Assembly: GCF_000392435.1 (NCBI RefSeq)
Contig: NC_021219.1
Coordinates: 810,001 to 842,000 of the forward strand
Source: Candidatus Saccharimonas aalborgensis
GTDB lineage: Bacteria; Patescibacteriota; Saccharimonadia; Saccharimonadales; Saccharimonadaceae
DNA length: 32,000 nucleotides
Direction: 5' to 3'
A program made the translations under genes and the position numbers. The notes below the pieces were generated by a model. That model worked only from the letters and a program-made list of their open reading frames with translations, searched no databases and was not told the DNA's origin. Shown one piece after another: positions 7,678 to 14,502 of the stretch. Every line of letters starts with the position of its first letter. The first letter of the stretch is position 1.

Positions 7678-8221
7678 TTACTGCAAAGTCACCAGCAAGG
7701 AACGCGTCGATAAGTGATGTGACTTTTGGGAGCAGCGCTGCTAACTGCTGCTGCTCTGCTGCGGAGAGTTTGCCCAGCACAACATCGGTTGCCTCTCGAC
7801 CCTCATGGGTATCATCCCATACGCCAATGCGAAGCCGGCACGTTGTTTCACCAAGGTGGCTGGTGAGGGATTTGAGACCATTATTGCCGCCACTACTGCC
7901 GCCAATTCGCGTTCTTACGGTGCCAAGGGGTAGCGCAAGGTCGTCGTGAATAATCAAGGTGTCTTCGGGCGCGATTTTATAAAAATCGCTGATAGCACGC
8001 GCTGACTCGCCAACCAAATTATAGTAGGTCGTGGGTTTTGCGATGATGACATGCTGACCACTGGGGGCTACATACTCTGCTGTGATTGCATGAAATTTCT
8101 TCTGTTTTTGCCAGCTAGCATGCCATTGCCCGACAAGATGGTCGGCAATAAAAAACCCAATATTATGACGGGTCCCGTCATAGCGTTTCTCTGGATTGCC
8201 GAGTGCAATGATAAGTTTCAT
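7658..8221 (-). CDS. pth: Peptidyl-tRNA hydrolase
   Basis: MKLIIALGNPEKRYDGTRHNIGFFIADHL...HDDLALPLGTVRTRIGGSSGGNNGLKS. I placed the start at ATG 8221 (the MKLI... typical of Pth); the track ORF starts 3 codons earlier, at 8230. Confidence 0.9.
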   Translation of the reverse strand: MKLIIALGNPEKRYDGTRHNIGFFIADHLVGQWHASWQKQKKFHAITAEYVAPSGQHVIIAKPTTYYNLVGESARAISDFYKIAPEDTLIIHDDLALPLGTVRTRIGGSSGGNNGLKSLTSHLGETTCRLRIGVWDDTHEGREATDVVLGKLSAAEQQQLAALLPKVTSLIDAFLAGDFAVTTHREA

Positions 8222-8260
8222 ACGTATCATTATAAACCACTGTAAAAGATGACAAAGATC

Positions 8261-8268
8261 ATTACTTA
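8261..8268. repeat. Left copy of the 8-bp target-site duplication ATTACTTA
   Basis: Identical to 16434..16441 and directly abuts the outer end of the left inverted repeat. Confidence 0.8.
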
Positions 8269-8296
8269 GGCAATTATATACTTGATGTCACCAAAT
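8269..8296 (+). repeat. Left terminal inverted repeat of the IS1595-family element
   Basis: See the mobile_element entry. It begins GGCAATTAT, which fits my recollection of the GGnnATTAT-type ends in one IS1595 subgroup (to be checked in ISfinder). Confidence 0.75.
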
Positions 8297-8329
8297 CACA
8301 CTAAAGGCGGCTATTCTTGAAAAGTAAAG

Positions 8330-8560
8330 CTACCTGTCATTTTCTAAATCTTCGATCTCTTTGCGTTGATCTTTGACCCACTTTGCAACTTCGTTATTCG
8401 TCATAGGCGGGGCTTGCGACATTTCTTTTACCGCGTCCTGAAAAGCAGCGCCAACTCTTACGCGGCGCTCATTTTCGCGTACAGGCTTTTCTTGATCGGC
8501 TTTAATTTGAGCCTCTAGCTCCTTGATCTCTGCCTTAGTCGGCTTTTTATCTGTTGTCAT
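8330..8560 (-). CDS. Small charged/coiled-coil hypothetical protein (76 aa), cargo of the IS element
   Basis: ORF track 8330..8584. I moved the start to ATG 8560 (MTTDKKPTKAEIKELEAQIKADQEK...). No family recognised. Confidence 0.45.
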   Translation of the reverse strand: MTTDKKPTKAEIKELEAQIKADQEKPVRENERRVRVGAAFQDAVKEMSQAPPMTNNEVAKWVKDQRKEIEDLENDR

Positions 8561-8592
8561 GCCTTGATTATAACAAAACGCCACGACATTAT

Positions 8593-9036
8593 TTAGTGAT
8601 ACAATACATATGCACTTTTGCAGACGTCTCGATAGAGCCGCTCTGCTTCTGTCCTGTCAAAAGTACCTGCATCGTAATCAATTATCTTATAGTTAAAGTC
8701 ATCGTATGGCATGACGTACCGCGCATTACCATACCACGGCACTTCATCAAACTTTTTGATGAGTTTTTGCCATAACCTCCCACATTCGGTTTCGTTCATC
8801 AGGCGCATCGTATATATCACGCCACTATGATGCCGGAGGATTGCCATGCAAATGAAATCAAATTGTTGTGCGGCAGGCTCGAGGCCCGCCATATACCGCA
8901 CTGTGTCGACTTCTGGGCCTGACATCTGGTGCTGCTCACCGTTTTTGCCGCTGATGTAGTGGCCTTTGCTGTCGAACCAGTGCGGTTCATCTGGGCGGAT
9001 GTATCTGACTGAAGTGAAGCGAGGGAGATAGAGCAT
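8593..9036 (-). CDS. Hypothetical protein (147 aa), cargo of the IS element
   Basis: ORF track 8593..9099. I moved the start to ATG 9036 (MLYLPRFTSVRYIRPDEPHWFDSKGHY...). No family recognised. Confidence 0.5.
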   Translation of the reverse strand: MLYLPRFTSVRYIRPDEPHWFDSKGHYISGKNGEQHQMSGPEVDTVRYMAGLEPAAQQFDFICMAILRHHSGVIYTMRLMNETECGRLWQKLIKKFDEVPWYGNARYVMPYDDFNYKIIDYDAGTFDRTEAERLYRDVCKSAYVLYH

Positions 9037-9101
9037 GGTCTTAGTGTAGCATCCGATCCCTCTATTCCCATAAATACACCTTAGCGCTATACTAAACAAT
9101 A

Positions 9102-9695
9102 ATGCTTATCCTGCCACGAAAACGTCCGCACTCTATTGCCCGTATTGTTTTGCTTTTGCTTATAGTGTGCCTTCTTCTCGGTGGTGGCTACCTCCTCCTG
9201 CTTGTTTCTGCGCCGGCCATTGCTCCACTTGCCATCAAGTCGATCGATACAAAAACCTTACCTACACCAAAAGTAGGCGATAACCGCATCATCATTCCAA
9301 AAATCGGTGTCAATATACCCTACGGAACAGACGGACTCAACTCGCTCAACCACGGAGCCTGGTGGCGCTATCCAGAGAGAGGCAACCCGATCGATGGCGG
9401 TAATTTCATCATCGCAGCCCACCGCTTCACACTAGAGGGCACCGTTGCCGGGACGATTGAAAAGTCGCCATTCTACAACCTTGGCAAACTCGTGCTGAAC
9501 GACCAAATCCTGATTGACTACAACGGCAAACGTTACACCTATTACGTTGATAAAATCTTTGATGTCAAACCGACACAAACGGAGATTGAGGCGCCGAGCA
9601 AAGATGCGAAACTCACCCTCTATACATGCAGCCTCGGCGGTTCAAGCGATGGCCGGCTTGTTTTGATAGCCAAGCAAGTGATGGCAGCAAACTAA
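9102..9695 (+). CDS. Sortase-family transpeptidase
   Basis: N-terminal TM anchor, catalytic His context NFIIAAHRF, catalytic Cys context KLTLYTCS, and a C-terminal Arg (DGRLVLIA). Confidence 0.8.
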   Translation: MLILPRKRPHSIARIVLLLLIVCLLLGGGYLLLLVSAPAIAPLAIKSIDTKTLPTPKVGDNRIIIPKIGVNIPYGTDGLNSLNHGAWWRYPERGNPIDGGNFIIAAHRFTLEGTVAGTIEKSPFYNLGKLVLNDQILIDYNGKRYTYYVDKIFDVKPTQTEIEAPSKDAKLTLYTCSLGGSSDGRLVLIAKQVMAAN

Positions 9696-9704
9696 CCTCC
9701 AGCA

Positions 9705-10739
9705 ATGAAGTCTCTCAGGCGTTCACTCCAGTCAACCGCCAAGCAGTCTTCTCTCCACGAGGCCTATCGACGAGCCGTCCGCAACAAATCGCAGCGCCCC
9801 GAGGTTGCACGGTTCTTGCCCCAAAAAGTTCTCTTGCTGCATCAAATAACAAGGAGTTTGCAAACACAGACATACGTGCCCTCGCCGTACTATGAGTTTA
9901 CGATTCATGATCCAAAAACCAGGCATATCCTAGCCCTTCCGATTCATGACCGTATCGTTCACCAGTGGGTCGTCGAGGAATTCATCAAACCCTACTATAT
10001 CCCGCGATTTATCGCCCATACCTACGCCTGCATTCCCGAACGTGGCACGCACCAGGCCGTTGCCACCGCTCAGCATTTTTTGCGTACGGCGCTCGCTCAC
10101 TTCACCTCGCCCTATATTATCAAGTTGGATATCGCCAGCTTCTTCTCGAATATCGACAAAGCGATTCTCTACCAACTGCTCGCAAAGAACATCCGCGATA
10201 GGGAGCTCCAAGCACTTCTTTTTACCATTCTTTTTCACAATACACCCACGCAGGGTATCCCCATCGGCAACTATACCTCACAGTATTTTGCTAATATCTA
10301 CCTCAATGAGCTTGACCAGTTCGTAAAGCGAGAGCTGAAAGTCAAATACTACGTGCGCTATATGGACGATTTCATTTGTTTTGTTGAGAGCAAAAATGAA
10401 GCGGGGCGCATTTACCAAGCAATCGAGTCATTCTTATACACCAAACTGCACCTCCCACTCAATCCTAAAAGTCGCTACTATCCGGCACGTCACGGACTGG
10501 ATTTTTGCGGTTACAAAATCCATCCGCATCACAGAAGGCTTCGTAATCGCAGTAAACGCAAGTTATGTGAAATCATCGATGAGTACGAAAGTGGAATGGA
10601 TTCACTAGAGCGTTTTGAGCTCCGCGTCAATTCTTGGCTTGGCCATGCAGCACATGTGAACGCCCACACTTACACGCGACGTAAGTTGGCTCGCTATCAG
10701 GAGCAGTTCCGATCCTTGCGCCAAAAAAACAGTCCCTGA
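9705..10739 (+). CDS. DGR-type reverse transcriptase
   Basis: RT motifs include the DGR-diagnostic IGNYTSQYFANIYL (I/LGxxxSQ) and the catalytic YVRYMDDF. The 344-aa size is typical of DGR RTs. A TR/VR pair lies within 2 kb. Confidence 0.9.
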   Translation: MKSLRRSLQSTAKQSSLHEAYRRAVRNKSQRPEVARFLPQKVLLLHQITRSLQTQTYVPSPYYEFTIHDPKTRHILALPIHDRIVHQWVVEEFIKPYYIPRFIAHTYACIPERGTHQAVATAQHFLRTALAHFTSPYIIKLDIASFFSNIDKAILYQLLAKNIRDRELQALLFTILFHNTPTQGIPIGNYTSQYFANIYLNELDQFVKRELKVKYYVRYMDDFICFVESKNEAGRIYQAIESFLYTKLHLPLNPKSRYYPARHGLDFCGYKIHPHHRRLRNRSKRKLCEIIDEYESGMDSLERFELRVNSWLGHAAHVNAHTYTRRKLARYQEQFRSLRQKNSP

Positions 10740-10893
10740 GAGTCAGCGAAATCCGCCTACCAAAAAGGGACTGTCGTATTGATATGTTTATTCTCCCGCT
10801 AAGTAAACGAGAGAAGAGGACGAGTCTCTGAGTGTTGCGTGCATGCCCTTCGCCTCCGTAGAGCGCTACTCAGGCACTTTAGTTTGCTACACG

Positions 10894-11079
10894 CTGGACA
10901 ACACGAAATCCGTTATCGTTGTTCGCCGACCCGTCGTTGGTATTCGCATAGAACAGACCAGCGTTCGAACCATTGTTCGCATTGCCGCCCCGGATAACCC
11001 AAGGGTTGTTCGGGTCGACCGAGTTCGAATTCTCGCCGAGCCACGACTGATTCCAGTCGGACACCGGCGAGGCGGAGGT
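10894..11079 (-). repeat. DGR template repeat (TR), 186 bp
   Basis: Gap-free alignment to 12262..12447 shows 23 mismatches. All 23 fall at positions that are A on the minus (sense) strand of this copy. This copy encodes an Asn-rich peptide (...ENSNSVDPNNPWVIRGGNANNGSNAGLFYANTNDGSANNDNGFRVVQ). Confidence 0.95.
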
Positions 11080-11167
11080 GTCACCGTGCGAGACAAGCCC
11101 TAGCATGATGAACATGCCGTCTACAGTATACTTCGGATACTAGCAAAGTGATAGAATAAGAAAAGAT

Positions 11168-11554
11168 ATGTCCAAAAAGTACGAAGTAGTTGTTAAAACA
11201 GACCTTATAGATTCGCCGCACGATCATGAGATGACGGCTGCGGTTATTTTGGCGCATCACTTCAAAACAAATGTTATATTCCTGCGCCCAGAACGAAAGA
11301 AGACGCCAGATATAGAGGCCAACGGTACAAAGTGGGAAGTCAAGAGTCCGAAAGGTGATGGCAGAAAGACGATAGACAACAACTTGCGAACAGCCCGTAA
11401 ACAGTCCCATAACATAGTCATAGATTTACGCCGAGCCAAACTCCACCAGAAGAAAGCGGAAGCACGGATCCGCTACTACCTCGCGTCTGGTCCGCATGAC
11501 ATCAAACGGCTCAAGATTATTACGAAAGCCCGAAAAATTATTGACATACTGTAA
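11168..11554 (+). CDS. Small hypothetical protein (128 aa) with a PD-(D/E)xK-like motif (putative restriction-endonuclease-fold / CdiA-CT-like)
   Basis: ORF track 11168..11554 (+). The motif KKTPDIEANGTKWEVKSPKG (PD...ExK) is followed by ...RKQSHNIVIDL. The region is AT-richer than its neighbours. Function is inferred from the motif only. Confidence 0.5.
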   Translation: MSKKYEVVVKTDLIDSPHDHEMTAAVILAHHFKTNVIFLRPERKKTPDIEANGTKWEVKSPKGDGRKTIDNNLRTARKQSHNIVIDLRRAKLHQKKAEARIRYYLASGPHDIKRLKIITKARKIIDIL

Positions 11555-11619
11555 GTGTTTTGTTATTATGAAAGGTAGATAAGGCGCGCGCGTTACTGTA
11601 CTGTATCAACCGCGTCTTT

Positions 11620-12207
11620 TCATTTTGCTGCCTCTTTCTTCCCTAAACTCATCGCCCACCCTACCACCGCGTCATCAAGATTGGAGAGCTTGCCTGCCCA
11701 GGCTGTCAGGTTTTTGTCGGTGATATAGCGCTTGTTGTAGGCATATTCGACTAGCACGGCGATCATTTTGATGCGGATATCGGCTTTGCGGAGCAGTTGC
11801 TCGCGATTATGGTCACGGCTGTAGTAGCTGGCGGCCTCAAGGATCAGCTCAACCACATCTTCGGTGCGGCCACGGATGGCTTGCATCAGGCCGAGCTTTT
11901 CGTGTTTCGGAAATTTCTCAATCAAGGTGTAGGTATAGTTGAGTAGCAGCGTCGCCTGGTAGTAGGTTTGGTAGTGGACGGGCGGCATCTTGCGGGCACG
12001 CTGGCGCATTTTATTGACAGCTGATGGTTTCTTGGCTTTTGATGGAGTTGACGTAGGTGCTTTTTGGGCACTTTCTGCTATTTTAGCTATTTTTTCACGC
12101 TTTGGCGGCTTCGCCGCAGCGGATTTCGGCAGCTGGTCTGTGGGACCAGCTGCCACCTCGCCGAAAAGGCTCGCTTGCACACTTGAAGAAAGTGGTTTCT
12201 TAGGCAT
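11620..12207 (-). CDS. avd: Avd-like DGR accessory protein (four-helix-bundle family) with a Lys/Pro/Ala-rich N-terminal extension
   Basis: The C-terminal ~120 aa (YQTYYQATLLLNYTYTLIEKFPKHEKLGLMQAIRGRTEDVVELILEAA...IRIKMIAVLVEYAYNKRYITDKNL...) matches the Avd / '23S rRNA intervening-sequence protein' pattern. The gene sits directly downstream of the VR-bearing gene. Confidence 0.75.
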   Translation of the reverse strand: MPKKPLSSSVQASLFGEVAAGPTDQLPKSAAAKPPKREKIAKIAESAQKAPTSTPSKAKKPSAVNKMRQRARKMPPVHYQTYYQATLLLNYTYTLIEKFPKHEKLGLMQAIRGRTEDVVELILEAASYYSRDHNREQLLRKADIRIKMIAVLVEYAYNKRYITDKNLTAWAGKLSNLDDAVVGWAMSLGKKEAAK

Positions 12208-12237
12208 AGTGATGAAAAGAGTTAAAGAGATAAACGC

Positions 12238-12255
12238 TTTTAGCTGAAGCTAAAA
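12238..12255 (-). promoter_or_regulatory. Hairpin immediately 3' of the VR (candidate DGR target-recognition hairpin)
   Basis: TTTTAGC (12238-12244), a TGAA loop, then GCTAAAA (12249-12255). It overlaps the target-gene stop codon (12250-12252), lies 7 nt from the VR end, and is absent next to the TR. Confidence 0.5.
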
Positions 12256-14253
12256 CCGACTCTGGACAACACGAAAGCCGCTACCGCCGTACGCCGACCC
12301 GTCGTCGGTAACCGCAGAGAACAGACCAGCGTACGAACCACTGTCCGCAACGCCGCCCCGGAAAACCCAAGGGAGGTACGGGTCGACCGAGATCGAAATC
12401 TCGCCGAGCCACGACTGACCCCAGTCGGACACCGGCGAGGCGGAGGTCGTCTCAAAGAACGCTTGGCCGCCGCAGGTTGCCCAGGTACAATTCTGGTAGT
12501 TTCCGAAGTAGTCGCCAGCGGCAGCGTTGAAGGTAGTTGTGCTGTAGCCGTCAAAGTATTTGCTGGCTGGGAGCGTGGCAAAGCCGCTATTATCGCTATA
12601 GTTCGCAATATTGGTATCGTTGACGAGATGTGCCATGACATATTGCCAGTTACCACCGACCATGTCGTAGATGCCACTGGTGTTGCCGGTGGTGCTGGCT
12701 GTTTGGCCGATCGTAGTCTGGTACGCGCCGCTGTCATCAGTGCCAACCGCGCAGCTCTGCGTATAACTGGCGCTTGACGAACCACCACTCCAGCCAGTAC
12801 GACCGTTGTAGTCGTTCCAGTCAGCTGCGACACAGTTATTGATTGCTACAGGATTTGCTGCGCCTTGGCCGTAGACACTCGTCGTGAGATACGCCACCGC
12901 ACCCCAGTCGCTGTTGGTCATCATGCGGGAGTCGGTCGTGCCAGCGCTCATACCCTGGTAGGTTGCTTTAGTGCTGTCGGCGAAGCTCTGGGCGGTGGCG
13001 AACTGGTTCGAAACGGTCTGGTTGCTGAAGCCCCATTGGTTTGGCTTGATCGTGACGTCACCGCTCGTGACCGCTGCCGCCGAAGCGGTTTCGCTGGCAA
13101 CATTGGCCTCGCTGCTGGTACTGGTCTGGTATTTACCGACCCAGATACCGTTGAGCTGCGCCGTGCCAAAGGTAAAGGCAGGGTGTGTTGCCCAGCCGCC
13201 GATGGTCGTGCCGTTATACGAGGTAGTCTGGCTGGCGGTTTGGAACTTGATGTTGAAGTTGTACGGGCTGGCGGTCGAGAGCACGTCTGCACCGGTGCCG
13301 TCTTGGCATTGCCCGGCACTGAGTGTCAGTGAATCGCTCGCATTCGGGCGGCAAACTTGATATTGGTAACGCGGGATGTAGGTGTAGTAGCCAAGTACGT
13401 CACTTTCAGGGATGATGGTGCCAGCGGCAGCGTTTTGATAGGTGGTACGCACGCCAGCCTTGACCGCAACAGCATTCGCCCATTGCTTGGCCTGGTAGTT
13501 ATACCAATTGCCTTCGCTGTTGACGTCAGCCTTGCTCCACTGTGGGCTTGCCGTCGTACCGGTGTACGTGACGGGGATAAGGGCAGCATCCATGTCGACC
13601 TGGCAAGCACTTACTGGGTTGGCGTTTTCACAAACAGCAGGGTTAGCGGGGACAGGAGTTTCCGTCAGCGTGTAGGTCAACTTAAGATCGCTCGTGCCCG
13701 GGGTGGCGTTGGCGGTTGCGGCAACCGTGAGGGTGGTGTTGACTGCCGTGCTCGTTGCGGCGCTTGATGATTGCTTCACGGTGACGGGACTTGCAGCAAT
13801 AGGCGTATCCGAAGTGAGGTCACCGCCCTTCACTGTGGCGCTGACACCATTGGCGCTTTGGGCTTGGACGAGGGTCAAGGTGTAGCCAGCGGTCGAAGTA
13901 GTATTCAATGTTGCCGTGGTTGGAATGGTCGCCTGGCTGCCCTGGGCAACGGAAATAGCTTGGTTTTGTGGCGTCAAGGCGAGGGTGGCAGTGGCAGAAG
14001 CGGCGTGGGTCTGCGAGAAGATAAAAACACCCGTAAGACCAGCTAGTGCGATCAGTGAGAAGAAGCCACGGAATTTGGCGCGTGCCGTGCGGCCTTGTTT
14101 GAGGTAGATGAACGTCAGTGCAGCTGCAACCAGGAGGCAGAGAGCCCCAACACCGACAAAAAGAGGTAGGTTTTCACCGGTGTTAGCAAGTGTACCGCCA
14201 CTGTTTGCTGGCGCGGTCGTGACAGTAATCGTCTGGGTGATGGATTGGTTCAT
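12250..14253 (-). CDS. DGR target (variable) surface protein with an N-terminal two-TM segment, a Thr/Ala-rich region, and a C-terminal FGE-sulfatase/C-type-lectin-fold domain carrying the VR
   Basis: 667-aa ORF with the SD AAGGGAG 7 nt upstream of ATG 14253. FGE/CLec-type landmarks are HPAFTF...GIWVGKYQTS, SGIYDMVGGNWQYV and a terminal ...RGG...GFRVVQ. The VR occupies the last ~62 codons. Confidence 0.9.
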   Translation of the reverse strand: MNQSITQTITVTTAPANSGGTLANTGENLPLFVGVGALCLLVAAALTFIYLKQGRTARAKFRGFFSLIALAGLTGVFIFSQTHAASATATLALTPQNQAISVAQGSQATIPTTATLNTTSTAGYTLTLVQAQSANGVSATVKGGDLTSDTPIAASPVTVKQSSSAATSTAVNTTLTVAATANATPGTSDLKLTYTLTETPVPANPAVCENANPVSACQVDMDAALIPVTYTGTTASPQWSKADVNSEGNWYNYQAKQWANAVAVKAGVRTTYQNAAAGTIIPESDVLGYYTYIPRYQYQVCRPNASDSLTLSAGQCQDGTGADVLSTASPYNFNIKFQTASQTTSYNGTTIGGWATHPAFTFGTAQLNGIWVGKYQTSTSSEANVASETASAAAVTSGDVTIKPNQWGFSNQTVSNQFATAQSFADSTKATYQGMSAGTTDSRMMTNSDWGAVAYLTTSVYGQGAANPVAINNCVAADWNDYNGRTGWSGGSSSASYTQSCAVGTDDSGAYQTTIGQTASTTGNTSGIYDMVGGNWQYVMAHLVNDTNIANYSDNSGFATLPASKYFDGYSTTTFNAAAGDYFGNYQNCTWATCGGQAFFETTSASPVSDWGQSWLGEISISVDPYLPWVFRGGVADSGSYAGLFSAVTDDGSAYGGSGFRVVQSRF
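12262..12447 (-). repeat. DGR variable repeat (VR), 186 bp, at the 3' end of the target gene
   Basis: It is the partner of TR 10894..11079. It ends 3 codons before the stop of CDS 12250..14253. It encodes ...EISISVDPYLPWVFRGGVADSGSYAGLFSAVTDDGSAYGGSGFRVVQ. Confidence 0.95.
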
Positions 14254-14293
14254 CGGGAGACTCCCTTCGCCACTACCTGCCCGCTGGGCGAGT

Positions 14294-14338
<45 letters not shown>

Positions 14339-14444
14339 GCTGCGAGTGTTTATATGTGAGTACGACATTCCACCAGGGTTCCTTTTGAGATTATTTGCTA
14401 TCTATTTCTCTTTTTGACAGTGGTGGATGCCTAAGATTTACTTC

Positions 14445-14474
14445 AGTTTAGCATGAGAGGAATGGGGGTGTCAA
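14445..14474 (-). promoter_or_regulatory. Candidate promoter of the DGR target gene
   Basis: The minus strand reads TTGACA (14469-14474), an 18-nt spacer, then TAAACT (14445-14450). This placement would put the (CU)n tract in the 5' UTR. Confidence 0.35.
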
Positions 14475-14502
14475 GGAACTTTGGTTGAATCTGGCGCGGT
14501 TG

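Noticed and set aside
9705-10739. The RT as a retron, group II intron, Abi/DRT defence RT or CRISPR-associated RT
   Set aside because: It carries the DGR-specific I/LGxxxSQ motif and sits next to an A-mutagenised TR/VR pair and an Avd-like gene. There is no intron RNA domain, maturase/En domain, msr/msd-like inverted repeats or cas genes.
10843-11115. Three ORFs in the track (10843..11103 +, 10879..11115 -, 10887..11096 -) overlapping the template repeat
   Set aside because: They exist only because the TR is a copy of the 3' end of the target gene. They have no SD, and the in-frame one begins a few codons before the repeat. I interpret the region as a non-coding TR.
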